A stretch of DNA of 32,000 bases from an uncultured bacterium (lineage in GTDB: Bacteria > Patescibacteriota > Gracilibacteria > UBA1369 > PNNO01). The translations under genes were made by a program, and so were the position numbers. Below the pieces are notes generated by a model. That model was not told the origin of the DNA and did not search any database. It saw nothing but the letters and a program-made list of their open reading frames with translations. Positions 17,079 through 27,390 of this stretch are shown in pieces. The stretch spans positions 180,001 to 212,000 of the forward strand of contig OY969931.1 of assembly GCA_963704705.1 (NCBI GenBank). The letters run 5' to 3'. Position 1 is the stretch's first letter. The number at the start of each line of letters is the position of its first letter.

Positions 17079-17720
17079 CTAGTTTAGTTTATATTTTTTA
17101 TAGTTCACGCAATAACTGTTGCCTTCCTTTTTAAAAACTTTATTCGCTTTTTTAATAATATTAACAACCTGGTCAATGCTTTTACAAATATAAATATTAT
17201 GCATATCTTTTTCATCCGCCCTTCCGGTATCAATAATATGTTTTTTTACCCATTCAATTTGTTCTTCCCACATTTCTCCAATTAATACTATTGGAACAGA
17301 ACAAATATGTTTAACCTGAGTAAGCTGCCATGTATAAAATAATTCCAGGCAGGTTCCCAGACCTCCTGGCGTAATAACAACTAGATTTGAAAGAATCATA
17401 AAAGTATCTAAACGTTCAGAAAACCTTTCAAACTTTTGTTCAACATCAAGATATTTATTAGGTTTGTTTTCCCATGGTAGATCTATAACTAAACCCACGG
17501 ATTCCGAGTCGTTATCTTTTTTCCCTTCCTGATGGCCTTCGTTTGCAGCCTCCATCAATCCCGGGCCACCACCGGTTACAACATCTAATCCAAGTTCCCC
17601 GATTTTAAATGCAAGTTTACGCACCATTTCATAATCATCATCCCCTTTTATTGATCTGGCACTGCCAAAAATTGTTACTCTAAAATGCTTTTTTTTAATT
17701 TCTTTTTGGACATCTATCAT
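17079..17720 (-). CDS. LOG-family (TIGR00730-type) nucleotide 5'-monophosphate phosphoribohydrolase
   Basis: 213 aa; VVTGGGPGLMEAANEG and VVITPGGLGTCLELF (PGGxGT) motifs. Confidence 0.88.
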   Translation of the reverse strand: MIDVQKEIKKKHFRVTIFGSARSIKGDDDYEMVRKLAFKIGELGLDVVTGGGPGLMEAANEGHQEGKKDNDSESVGLVIDLPWENKPNKYLDVEQKFERFSERLDTFMILSNLVVITPGGLGTCLELFYTWQLTQVKHICSVPIVLIGEMWEEQIEWVKKHIIDTGRADEKDMHNIYICKSIDQVVNIIKKANKVFKKEGNSYCVNYKKYKLN

Positions 17721-19633
17721 GAATTGATTTGTTTAGCTTTATTTATAATGTGGCTTGCAGATATACCAGCTTCTTCATAAAGTTCCAATGGTTTTCCTGA
17801 GAGCTGATACTTTGTTACAGCAAGTGATTCATATTTTTTAGGGCAAATTCCTTTTAATTGCAGTTCTCTTGCAAGCCCGGCATTAAGCCCATTATAAGGA
17901 TTGTGATCTTCAACAGTAATCACTTTGCCGGTCTTTTTAATAGATTCAAAAATTGTATCATCAAAGTCTCGGATTGTTGAACATGCAATAATTTCAGTAT
18001 TAATACCTTCTTCTTTCAATTTTTCCCATGCTTTTAAAGCTTCAACAACGCATGCTCCGCTTGCAGCAATTGTAAGGTCAGATCCTTCTCTAATCATATC
18101 GCATTTACCATATTCATATTTATAATCCGCTTCATAAAAAGGTGTGCCATTTTCTTTTGCAATTGGATTATATTTGTGACGACCCATTCTTACATAAAAA
18201 TTTCCGTATTTTGATGCTACGTATCTAATTATTCTGTCAGTTTGATTTGGATCAGCTGGTTCAATCACTCTTGTATTTAGGTGACCGACCATAATACCTT
18301 TATCATCAATTGCCTGATGTGTAGGCCCGTCTTCACCAACTGAAAGCCCGCAATGCGTAGCAACCATTTTAACATTTGTATAATTGATATCATTTACTCG
18401 TGCCTGATCTTTTGGACGGCTTGTTAAGAAAGCACCGAAAGTTGATGCGAACACTAAATGTCCCATCAAACTTAAACCACCTGCCATCGAAACCATATTC
18501 TGTTCGCAAATCCCAACCTCAATATGTCTTTCAGGGAATTTTTCAGCAACAAATTTTGTCATTACCGAGCCACGCAAATCAGCTGTAGCAGCAATTACTT
18601 TTTCATTTCGTTCAGCCAAGTTTAAAAGCGCTTTTCCATAAGCTGTTCGGCAATCTGTTGATTCATCAACAGGGTAGACAATCGGCTTACCCGTGTCCAC
18701 TTCAACATCACTTAAAATTGGCGGATATTCTGATTCTTTTGGATCCCATTTTACTTCCGGCAAAAATTCATCAATTAAAGCACGCTGCTCCTCACTGACA
18801 ACCAAACCTTTTAAAATTTCATCGCATTCTTCTGGTTTTGGAGCCTTACCATGCCAGGTTGATTTATGGTGTCTTCCGTCATCTTCCATAAACGCCACTC
18901 CCTTGCCCATAATTGTATGACCTACAATAACCTTTGGTTTGCCATTCTTCTCATGTGCTTTGGCAATCGCATTCCACATCTGTTCAAAATCATGGCCGTC
19001 AGTTTCAATAACATCCCATCCTCCTGCCTTAAATACTGCAGGGATATCAATCGGCATTGTTTCCTGCAAACTGTCTGTAAGCTGAACTTCATTATAATCA
19101 ATAAAAGCAATTAAATTATCCAGCTCGTATTTTCTGGCGAATAAAATCATTTCATGAATCTGGCCTTCCTGGCACTCTCCATCACCCATTACACAATATG
19201 CTGTGCGGTCTGTTTTATTATGTTTTTCGCTCCAGGCTTTGCCGGCTGCAACCGATGCTCCGATTCCAAGTGGCCCGGTTCCATAATCAATTCCTCTCAC
19301 ATGTCTTGTAATATGACCTTCATAAACTGAACCAACCTTTCTAAAAGTCTCAATAACATCTTCTTTTGGAATAATTTTAAGTTCCGCCAAAGCCGAATAC
19401 ACAGCAGGGGAGATATGGCCGTTTGAAACAACCAGCTTTTCACCTGTCTGACTGATTATAAATGTATATAAAAGCGTTAAATAATCAATCGAGCTTAAAG
19501 AACCTCCGGGGTGCCCTGACTGCGAATTTTTAAGCATTGCGATTATTGAATTTCTGCAGCTTAAGGCAAAAGCCTGCAGGAATTTTTTGTGCTCTTCAGT
19601 TAGATTTTCACCTAATTTAGGGATTTGCATCAT
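17717..19633 (-). CDS. tkt: transketolase
   Basis: 638 aa; NSQSGHPGGSLS, GDGECQEGQIHE, VGICEQNMVSMAGGLS; ATGA overlap with the LOG gene. Confidence 0.96.
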   Translation of the reverse strand: MMQIPKLGENLTEEHKKFLQAFALSCRNSIIAMLKNSQSGHPGGSLSSIDYLTLLYTFIISQTGEKLVVSNGHISPAVYSALAELKIIPKEDVIETFRKVGSVYEGHITRHVRGIDYGTGPLGIGASVAAGKAWSEKHNKTDRTAYCVMGDGECQEGQIHEMILFARKYELDNLIAFIDYNEVQLTDSLQETMPIDIPAVFKAGGWDVIETDGHDFEQMWNAIAKAHEKNGKPKVIVGHTIMGKGVAFMEDDGRHHKSTWHGKAPKPEECDEILKGLVVSEEQRALIDEFLPEVKWDPKESEYPPILSDVEVDTGKPIVYPVDESTDCRTAYGKALLNLAERNEKVIAATADLRGSVMTKFVAEKFPERHIEVGICEQNMVSMAGGLSLMGHLVFASTFGAFLTSRPKDQARVNDINYTNVKMVATHCGLSVGEDGPTHQAIDDKGIMVGHLNTRVIEPADPNQTDRIIRYVASKYGNFYVRMGRHKYNPIAKENGTPFYEADYKYEYGKCDMIREGSDLTIAASGACVVEALKAWEKLKEEGINTEIIACSTIRDFDDTIFESIKKTGKVITVEDHNPYNGLNAGLARELQLKGICPKKYESLAVTKYQLSGKPLELYEEAGISASHIINKAKQINS

Positions 19634-20805
19634 TATGTAGTTAAGTGTTCTTTTGTTAATTTTTTAGAGAGTTCAACACCTGGCTGATTAAAAGCATTAA
19701 TACCATATAGCTCTCCAAGAAAAGCTGTTGCTCCTTCAAATAGCATAAATAAAGCACCGAGGTTAAATTCATCAACCTTTGGCACATTTAAAGTTACATT
19801 TGGTTTATTATTATGAGTTAAGGCATCGGTTGTGCCCTGCTGCTCAGTGTGCATTAATTTGTTAAAGCTTACTCCTTTTAAATAATCAACTTCGCTATCC
19901 GGGATCATAACTTCAGGACCTAAGTCTTCAATCTTAATTAAAATATAAAATTTATCATCAGGTCCATCCATATAAAGCTGACTTTGTGAATGCTGGTCAG
20001 TTACGCCAAGCGCATTAATGGGTGTTAATCCAACATCTCTTGTTTTTCCTATAGATTCAGCAAGTAGCTGCCTGTACCAATCTGCAAACTTGATTAAATG
20101 TTGGCTGTAAGGCATAACAACTGTCATGTTTCTGCCTTTTTTTCCGTGCAAATATTGCATCTGCGCAATTTGATAAGGCAGATTTTTGTCCAATTCTTCG
20201 CTTAAAAAATTGTTGCGCATTTCCTTTGCACCATCCAAAAGTTTTTGCATGTCTATGCCAATAAGAGCTGCCGGAAGTAGTCCAACAACAGTTAAAACAC
20301 TAAATCTTCCACCTACGTTTTCAGGCACATCAAACATTTTAATACCTTCTTTTTGGCCTGTTTCTCTTAATAACCCTGATTTGCCTGTAATAAAAACGAA
20401 ATTTTTACACTTCTCTTTAAAATAAAAATATTGGCTTAAAGTTTCAGGTGTGCCTCCGCTTTTACTAATTACAATAAATAAAGTTCGTGAGTAATCAACA
20501 ATATCATCAAGCTCAGCCATCAAATTAGGATCGATATTATCCAAAACATGAAGCTTTGCAGGCTTGTACAAGTGTTTTAAAGATTGCTGTAAACAAATTG
20601 TCCCAAGTGCGCTGCCTCCGATTCCCAAAACAACAATGTGGTCATATTTTCCTTCAACTGACTTTGCAAATTCCAAGATTTCACTCACATCATCATCTAC
20701 AATTTTATAAAAGCCCTGATCACGGGCTTCAATTCTATCCAAATATTCGCGGATTTTTGATCCATCTAAATTTACCTGTGAATTTTTTTTGTCTAAATTA
20801 ATCAT
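19633..20805 (-). CDS. pgi: glucose-6-phosphate isomerase (short form)
   Basis: 390 aa; VVLGIGGSALG, VISKSGGTPETLSQY, NALGVTDQHSQSQ, GINAFNQPGVE motifs. Confidence 0.92.
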   Translation of the reverse strand: MINLDKKNSQVNLDGSKIREYLDRIEARDQGFYKIVDDDVSEILEFAKSVEGKYDHIVVLGIGGSALGTICLQQSLKHLYKPAKLHVLDNIDPNLMAELDDIVDYSRTLFIVISKSGGTPETLSQYFYFKEKCKNFVFITGKSGLLRETGQKEGIKMFDVPENVGGRFSVLTVVGLLPAALIGIDMQKLLDGAKEMRNNFLSEELDKNLPYQIAQMQYLHGKKGRNMTVVMPYSQHLIKFADWYRQLLAESIGKTRDVGLTPINALGVTDQHSQSQLYMDGPDDKFYILIKIEDLGPEVMIPDSEVDYLKGVSFNKLMHTEQQGTTDALTHNNKPNVTLNVPKVDEFNLGALFMLFEGATAFLGELYGINAFNQPGVELSKKLTKEHLTT

Positions 20806-20808
20806 AAT

Positions 20809-21456
20809 TTATAAGTTTTTAACTTTTTCCCAGTCAGCTAAAAAGGCTTCCAGTCCTTTATCTGTAAGTGGGTGGTGAATTAGTTCATCTAAAATTTTTG
20901 GCGGAACAGTCGCAATATGTGCCCCCATTACAGCTGAATCAATTACATGACCAATGTTTCGAACACTCGCAACCAGAACCTTGGTATCGAATTTATATTC
21001 ATCAAAAATTGTAACAATTTCGCTAATCAGCTCCATACTGTCTTCTCCAATATCGTCTAGTCTACCAACAAAAGGACTAACATAAGTGGCTCCGTTTTTG
21101 GCTGCAAGCAAAGCCTGACCAGCGCTAAATACAAGCGTTACATTTGTTTTTATTCCTTCAGCTGAAAGAACCTTAAGAGCCTTTAAGCCTTCTTCGATTA
21201 TTGGTATTTTAATTACTATATTTTTGTGCCATTTTGCGAATTCGCGCGCTTCTTTAAGCATTCCTTTCATATCTGTTGCCACAACTTCTGCGCTTATCGG
21301 GCCATCAACTATTTCAACAATTTCGCGTATGCGATCTTCGAATTTAACACCTTCCTTAGCGATTAACGAAGGGTTTGTAGTAACACCGTCAACAACGCCC
21401 CAGGCATTATATTTTTTAATGGCTTCGATGTCCGCTGTATCTAAAAAGAATTTCAT
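20809..21456 (-). CDS. tal: transaldolase, TalC/fructose-6-phosphate aldolase-like
   Basis: 215 aa; [64 protein letters not shown]. Confidence 0.94.
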   Translation of the reverse strand: MKFFLDTADIEAIKKYNAWGVVDGVTTNPSLIAKEGVKFEDRIREIVEIVDGPISAEVVATDMKGMLKEAREFAKWHKNIVIKIPIIEEGLKALKVLSAEGIKTNVTLVFSAGQALLAAKNGATYVSPFVGRLDDIGEDSMELISEIVTIFDEYKFDTKVLVASVRNIGHVIDSAVMGAHIATVPPKILDELIHHPLTDKGLEAFLADWEKVKNL

Positions 21457-21525
21457 AATTTTATATGTTAATAGTAGGAAAATTTACGTTTCCCATTTTA
21501 TCATGTGAGCCAGTAAGTGTAAAAA

Positions 21526-22416
21526 TTATTCCACTATTAAGTTTCCTACCATTCCCAGTTGCCGGTGATTGCTTATATTACAATAATATTCAAAAGTACC
21601 TTTTTGAGTTGCAGTAAACGTAACTTCGGTAGTATTACCTGATGAAACCGTTAATGAATGTACATTAAGTTCATCAATATTAAAATTATGACTACCCACA
21701 TCGCTTGTTAAAGTAATAGTCACAGTGTCGCCCTGATTAACCCTCAATTCAGTATCAGAATATTGATAATTTGTAGCTGTTAAATCGAATGATTGTTCTG
21801 TAGTGGATGTATCAGGCGTAGCTAGTTGATCATAAGTATTTGAAGGAAGATTTCTGATGTCTTCTTTTATTCTATAAATCATTTCAGCCATTTCGCCTCT
21901 TGTTATTTTGTGATCAAAGCTGTTTACAGTAGTTGGGATAGCATTGATATCTTCAAGTTTTACTACATAAGGTCTATACCAAATTTCACTTCCCTGAGTT
22001 GTTGGTTCGATTAAAGTATTAGTAATTATTTTTGAAGCTTCAGCAAATGTAATCTGGTTTGCTGGTTTATAAGTTCCATCCGGATAACCGTCCACAATAC
22101 CATTCAATTCAGCAACACAAACATAAGGGGCATACCATGCGCCATCTCCGACATCTGAAAAAGAAACTGAATTACACGCGTCTATTTCATTTTGTGTATA
22201 TTTTGTAGCAATAATAATTTTTGTGAACTCCACTCTGTTAATTGGAGCATCAGGTTTATAAGTGCCATCTGGATATCCCTGAACAATTCCAAGGTTTTCA
22301 ACATAACTGATCGCATCATAATTAACATGCGAAGTTGGCACATCGCTGAATGAAGCAAAAGCTGTTGAAGCAAATGCTAGTACGCAAATTAGCGCAATTG
22401 ATAATTTGAGTTTCAT
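21526..22416 (-). CDS. SLH domains fused to a C-terminal cupredoxin-like domain
   Basis: 296 aa; three SLH-type repeats, then HNFNIDELN...YYCNISNHRQLGMVG matching a type-1 copper His/Cys/His/Met ligand pattern. Confidence 0.88.
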   Translation of the reverse strand: MKLKLSIALICVLAFASTAFASFSDVPTSHVNYDAISYVENLGIVQGYPDGTYKPDAPINRVEFTKIIIATKYTQNEIDACNSVSFSDVGDGAWYAPYVCVAELNGIVDGYPDGTYKPANQITFAEASKIITNTLIEPTTQGSEIWYRPYVVKLEDINAIPTTVNSFDHKITRGEMAEMIYRIKEDIRNLPSNTYDQLATPDTSTTEQSFDLTATNYQYSDTELRVNQGDTVTITLTSDVGSHNFNIDELNVHSLTVSSGNTTEVTFTATQKGTFEYYCNISNHRQLGMVGNLIVE

Positions 22417-22447
22417 ATATTTTTGGTTAAATTATATTTAATTATAT

Positions 22448-23701
22448 TTATTTGGGTCGTGTTTGTCCATTGCCTTTGATTACCCATTTGTAGCTTGTGA
22501 GTTCAGCAACTGACATTGGCCCTCTTGCATGCAGTTTTTGGGTACTTATTCCAATTTCTGCACCTAACCCGAATTGTGCGCCGTCAGTGAAACTTGTGGC
22601 TGCATTTAAGTAAACGCATGAAGCATCAATCCGTTTCAAAAATTCTTCAGCAGTTTCAGAGTCTTCCGTAATTATGGCCTCGGAATGTTTTGAAGAATAT
22701 TTGTTTATATGTTCAATAGCTTCTTCCAAGCTGCCCACTGTCTTGATAGACATTTTTAATGACAAGAACTCGGTGCCAAAACTGTCTTCGGTTGAATGTT
22801 TCAATAATTCAGCAGGATAATCACCCTTTAGCGCATTGTAGGCTTTTTTATCGGCAAATATCTCAACTTTGTGATCAGCTAAAGGTTTAATCAATGCTGG
22901 TAAATCACCCAATCTTGCCGAATGTACTATCAAACAATCCAATGCATTGCATACGCTAACCCTTCTGGTTTTTGCATTTTCAATGATTTTTTTTGCAATC
23001 TCCAAATCACCTGATTTATCAAAATATGTATGAACAATACCTGCACCTGTTTCAATTACTGGTATTTTGGAATTTTCGCGAACAAAATTTATTAATTTCT
23101 GGCTGCCGCGCGGGATGATTACATCTATATATTTATTCGCATGCATCATTTCCTGCGCTTCTTCTCGGCCTGCCGGCAGTAAATAAACACAATTTATATC
23201 AACATCATGCTTAATTAATACGTCATGAATTATTTTTACACCTGCGGTATTTGATTCTATCGCGTCACTTCCTCCTTTTAAAACACATGCATTCCCGCTT
23301 TTAAAACAAATCGCAAAAACATCAAAAGTAACATTTGGCCGTGCTTCATAAATAATTCCGATTACTCCGAGCGGCACAGTAATTTTACTTATCTTCATGC
23401 CATTCTCATGCTGTTTTTCATCCAGAATTTTACCAAGTGGATTTGGGATTTTTGCAACATTTCGCATATCAGTCGCAATTCCTTCAAGCCTTTCCTTATT
23501 TAATAGAAGCCGGTCATACTTTGGATCTTCCGGATTCATTTTATTTAAATCTTTTTTATTTGCTTCAAGAATAAAACCTGAATTTTCAATAATTGCATCT
23601 GCAACCTTATTTAAAATCTGATCGATTTTATTTTCGGATAGCGAAATTAAGCTTCTGCTTGCGTTTTGTACATTTGCAAGCTCCATTTGTAAATCAGACA
23701 T
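22448..23701 (-). CDS. proA: gamma-glutamyl phosphate reductase
   Basis: 417 aa; [54 protein letters not shown] motifs. Confidence 0.96.
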   Translation of the reverse strand: MSDLQMELANVQNASRSLISLSENKIDQILNKVADAIIENSGFILEANKKDLNKMNPEDPKYDRLLLNKERLEGIATDMRNVAKIPNPLGKILDEKQHENGMKISKITVPLGVIGIIYEARPNVTFDVFAICFKSGNACVLKGGSDAIESNTAGVKIIHDVLIKHDVDINCVYLLPAGREEAQEMMHANKYIDVIIPRGSQKLINFVRENSKIPVIETGAGIVHTYFDKSGDLEIAKKIIENAKTRRVSVCNALDCLIVHSARLGDLPALIKPLADHKVEIFADKKAYNALKGDYPAELLKHSTEDSFGTEFLSLKMSIKTVGSLEEAIEHINKYSSKHSEAIITEDSETAEEFLKRIDASCVYLNAATSFTDGAQFGLGAEIGISTQKLHARGPMSVAELTSYKWVIKGNGQTRPK

Positions 23702-23705
23702 TTTA

Positions 23706-24491
23706 TTATTGATTAAGTTCTTTCGAACGAACCACGGCTTCTTCTATCGCTTCTTCAAAAAGAACAGGAAACTCTGATTTTTTTAGAAAATTAATCGCTG
23801 CTTCAGTTGTGCCTCCTTTAGAAGTTACAGCATCTCTCCATTCCTTAACGGAAAGTGATTTGTTTTTTCCAAGAAGACATCCGCTTCCAATAAGAGTTTG
23901 TTCTGCAATCAGCATCGCTTCTTTTGTTGAAAATCCTACTTTTTTTGCTTTTTGAGCGAGTAATTCTGCAAGATAAAAAAAGTAAGCCGGCCCAGAGCCG
24001 CTTAAAGCTGTGATTAAATCAATCTTTGACTCATCTTTTAATTCGATTTGTTCACCCAGGGGATCAAAAATAATTTTAACAAGATCTTTTTCCTGACGTG
24101 TCACGTTTTTGGTTGCGATCCATCCAATAATCCCTTTCTCAATCTCAACCGGAAGATTAGGCATTGATCTTACTATTTTTTCCGCACCTAGTTTCTCTCT
24201 TAAATGATTAATTGAAATTCCGGCCATTATTGATATAACAAGTTTGTCTTTCAAACTATAGTTGATTGATTTTGCAAGTGCATCAAGCGACTGTGGTTTG
24301 ATTGAAAGTATTATTATATCGCATTGCGGCAGAATGGTTTCAACATGTGTTGTTGAATTTGATTTATCATAATCAAATAATTTTGAGACATCTTTATCAC
24401 AAAGAAATATATCTTTTGGATCAAACGCCTGAATTATGCCTTTGTAAAAGGCGCTGCCCATCATACCTACTCCGATAATTCCGATTTTCAT
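23706..24491 (-). CDS. proC: pyrroline-5-carboxylate reductase
   Basis: 261 aa; [43 protein letters not shown] motifs. Confidence 0.95.
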   Translation of the reverse strand: MKIGIIGVGMMGSAFYKGIIQAFDPKDIFLCDKDVSKLFDYDKSNSTTHVETILPQCDIIILSIKPQSLDALAKSINYSLKDKLVISIMAGISINHLREKLGAEKIVRSMPNLPVEIEKGIIGWIATKNVTRQEKDLVKIIFDPLGEQIELKDESKIDLITALSGSGPAYFFYLAELLAQKAKKVGFSTKEAMLIAEQTLIGSGCLLGKNKSLSVKEWRDAVTSKGGTTEAAINFLKKSEFPVLFEEAIEEAVVRSKELNQ

Positions 24492-25552
24492 AGTTCTAAG
24501 AATAAATAATTATAATGTATTAAAGCTTTTTTGCCCTGTTTTCCTAAATATTCTTCAGCGGTTTTAGAAGAATATTCCGCCTTCCCTAAGCCAATTCTTT
24601 CTCCTTTTTCATTTTTTACCTCTATAATATCTCCTTTTTCAAAGTCTCCGTCAATTTTAATTATACCAATTGGCAGAAGGCTGCTGACTTTATCAGTAAG
24701 TACTTTTTCCGCTCCTTCATTTATTTGTACACTGCCTTTCTCGTAACCTTTTCCATGTGCAATCCATTTTTTTACACTGGATACATTTTTGTGCGCAATA
24801 AACTTTGTGCCTGCATTTATACCTTTGGTTATATTGATAAGTACGTTTTCTTTGGCTCCGTTTGCAATGTAAGTAGTAATTCCCAACAGAGAAAGCTTAT
24901 TGGCAATTTGTGATTTTGTTACCATTCCGCCTCTGCCAAAAGTTGTTTTTGTGTCTGAAATATAATTTTGAAATGTTGTAGTTTTCGGATCAATTTCTTT
25001 AATTAAATTTGCACCGGGTTCATTCGGATTTTTATCAAAAACACCGTCAACATTTGTTAAAATAATAAGAGCATCAACATTTAACATTGAAGAAATCATT
25101 CCGGCCAATTCATCGTTATCCGTAAACATCAGCTCACTAACCGATACAACATCGTTTTCATTTACAATCGGAATTATTTTATCGTGAAGCAATCCTTCAA
25201 AACAATTTTTCATATTCAAGTAGTGCTGTCTGTCTCTGAAGTCTTCTTTGGTTGCAAGAATTTGCGCGCAAAAATAATTGAAATTTTCAAAAATAATAGC
25301 ATATGTATGCATTAAATCTATTTGCCCAACAGATGCAAGAACCTGCCTTTTAATTATTGGATTTGTTTTGTCCGATAATTGAATTAAAGATTTGCCTGTT
25401 GCAACCGCGCCCGAAGAAACCAAAATAACATCGATACCTTTTTTCTTTAAATCCGCAATTTGAAAAGCTATGTGCTCAATCCGTTTTTCGTTTAATAAAC
25501 CGTTGTCAGCGGTTATTACATGAGTTCCAACCTTAACAACTATTCTTTTCAT
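24488..25552 (-). CDS. proB: glutamate 5-kinase with C-terminal PUA domain
   Basis: 354 aa; VVKVGTHVIT, VSSGAVATG, FTDNDELAGMI, FGRGGMVTK motifs. Confidence 0.95.
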   Translation of the reverse strand: MKRIVVKVGTHVITADNGLLNEKRIEHIAFQIADLKKKGIDVILVSSGAVATGKSLIQLSDKTNPIIKRQVLASVGQIDLMHTYAIIFENFNYFCAQILATKEDFRDRQHYLNMKNCFEGLLHDKIIPIVNENDVVSVSELMFTDNDELAGMISSMLNVDALIILTNVDGVFDKNPNEPGANLIKEIDPKTTTFQNYISDTKTTFGRGGMVTKSQIANKLSLLGITTYIANGAKENVLINITKGINAGTKFIAHKNVSSVKKWIAHGKGYEKGSVQINEGAEKVLTDKVSSLLPIGIIKIDGDFEKGDIIEVKNEKGERIGLGKAEYSSKTAEEYLGKQGKKALIHYNYLFLEL

Positions 25553-26919
25553 GATAATTTTTTGATTTGTGCTTCAAGTTTATTTAAACCCAGATTGCCT
25601 GTACCACCCTGGTGTTTTGATTCTTTAAACATTTTTTCGATTTGTTTTTCGTTAACTTCAATCTTGTCCAGATTTGCCCCAACTTCAATATACGCATCTC
25701 TGAATGTCCATCCTTTTTTAACCAGTTCAAATGCTTTATGCGCTGCAAAAAGTTCAGGCGTCATTGCGTCGTGAAGCACTTTTTCTATTGGTTTGATATT
25801 TTTTATAATTACAGACATAACTTCGAGCGAAGTTTCTGTATAGCGTAGTCCAAGGAAAAGCGGACGTTTAATTTCCTGTCCATCACGGTGATATCCGGAA
25901 ATTTTATTTATAATATTCATTATAAGTTCGTTTTTACAGCTAATAACTGTAGCTGTTCTGCCTCTTATCAGTTCGGCAACATCAAGATTTTTCTTTTGTG
26001 GCATAATAGATGAACCTGTTGCGATTGAATCCGAAATATCCAAAAAGTGGAATTCCTGAGTTGTAAAAAACAACAAATCGCTCGCAAGTTTATTTAATGT
26101 GAGCATCATTTGTACGCAAACTTCTAATACACTGCCTTCAATTTTACCGCGTGAATTCTGGCAGTACATTACATTGTTTTGTGTTCTTTTAAAGCCAAGT
26201 TGTTTGCTTAGCCAATCACGATCAAATGGGAAAGGGGAGCCATATCCTGCGCCTGAACCCAAAGGATTTTGATCAACCAGTTCACTGCTTACGGTATTTA
26301 AAAGCCGCACATCATCCAGCAAGCTTTCAACAAATGCAGCGAGCCATGTACCAATAGTTGTTGGCATTGCTTTTTGCATGTGTGTATAGCCGGGCATTGG
26401 CATCATCTCATATTTTTTCGCAGTTTTAAGTAAATCACTCGCTAATTTAAGTGCGAGTTTCTTCAAATCTTTGCACTTAGCTTTTAAAAAAAGGCGCATC
26501 ATTACGAGCACCTGGTCATTACGGGAACGAGCTGTATGAATTTTTTTGCCTGTGTCACCAAACCGGTTAATCAAATAATCTTCAATTTTTGTGTGACTGT
26601 CTTCATCCTCAACTTTTAATTGAAATTTACCTTCCGCATATAACTTTAGAATTTCATCCAGACCTTTTTCGAGTTTTGTAAGATCGGCTTTTGTTAAAAT
26701 TCCGTGTTTTTGAAGCAATTGCGCCCATGCTCTTGAGCCTTGCACGTCATATGGAATCATTAATTGATCATAAATAATATCCTCACCAGCATTGTATTCT
26801 TCAACAAGAGGATCAAGCTCAACAACCTTATCTTTAAACCATATTTTCTTTTTTATTGGTTTGGTATTTGGAGCAGGCCTTTTAGAAACAATTTTTTTAA
26901 TTGTTTTTTTAGTGCTCAT
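25549..26919 (-). CDS. argH: argininosuccinate lyase; true start proposed at 26919 (MSTKKTIKKIV...), not the track start at 27390
   Basis: IEDYLINRFGDTGKKIHTARSRNDQV and GSSIMPQKKNLDVAEL signatures; the upstream ORF extension reads through antisense tRNA. Confidence 0.93.
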   Translation of the reverse strand: MSTKKTIKKIVSKRPAPNTKPIKKKIWFKDKVVELDPLVEEYNAGEDIIYDQLMIPYDVQGSRAWAQLLQKHGILTKADLTKLEKGLDEILKLYAEGKFQLKVEDEDSHTKIEDYLINRFGDTGKKIHTARSRNDQVLVMMRLFLKAKCKDLKKLALKLASDLLKTAKKYEMMPMPGYTHMQKAMPTTIGTWLAAFVESLLDDVRLLNTVSSELVDQNPLGSGAGYGSPFPFDRDWLSKQLGFKRTQNNVMYCQNSRGKIEGSVLEVCVQMMLTLNKLASDLLFFTTQEFHFLDISDSIATGSSIMPQKKNLDVAELIRGRTATVISCKNELIMNIINKISGYHRDGQEIKRPLFLGLRYTETSLEVMSVIIKNIKPIEKVLHDAMTPELFAAHKAFELVKKGWTFRDAYIEVGANLDKIEVNEKQIEKMFKESKHQGGTGNLGLNKLEAQIKKLS

Positions 26920-26951
26920 TATAAATATTTTAGGATATCTTCTGATGTATT

Positions 26952-27071
26952 CTAGCCACATGTGGCTAGTTTTGCAAGAAGATGCTTTGCCCGGCAAAGT
27001 GGGATTGCCGACCAAAGTGGGATTGCCCGGCAAGGCGGGGTAACCGGACAAGTTCCGTCCCGGGACGGAAC
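26952..27071. repeat. palindrome/tandem-repeat cluster in the argH leader: 18-bp palindrome, four 18-bp tandem units, 20-bp palindrome
   Basis: CTAGCCACATGTGGCTAG 26952-26969; 18-mers at 26987, 27005, 27023, 27041 (last divergent); GTTCCGTCCCGGGACGGAAC 27052-27071. Confidence 0.8.
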
Positions 27072-27217
27072 AAATAGAAACCTTCAATTTTTCTTTATTT
27101 GATGAGAAAAATAAGCAAATATAATCGCAGAACCTCAGGATCCATAATTTGATTTTGTCAATTTGCGAAAGATTTGCATTACATGCCACCCTTAAGTAAA
27201 ATAGCTTAAGCAAATGT

Positions 27218-27293
27218 GGCGACGTGGCCAAGTGGTTAAGGCAGCGGTTTGCAAAACCGTTATTCATGGGTTCGAATCCCATCGTCGCCTCCA
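27218..27293 (+). tRNA. tRNA-Cys (GCA)
   Basis: acceptor GGCGACG/CGTCGCC, anticodon loop TTTGCAAAA region, encoded CCA. Confidence 0.95.
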
Positions 27294-27312
27294 GTTTAAT
27301 TGACCCTTTCAT

Positions 27313-27389
27313 GCACCCGTAGCTCAGCTGGATAGAGCGCAGCCTTGCGGAGGCTGAGGCCACAGGTTCGAATCCTGTCGGGTGTACCA
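27313..27389 (+). tRNA. tRNA-Arg (GCG)
   Basis: cloverleaf with anticodon arm CAGCC-TTGCGGA-GGCTG and encoded CCA. Confidence 0.93.
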
Positions 27390-27390
27390 T

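Noticed and set aside
26920-27390. N-terminal 157-codon extension of argH (MVHPTGFEPVASASARLRSIQLSYGC...)
   Set aside because: This is the well-known spurious translation of antisense tRNA genes; argH has a good start at 26919.
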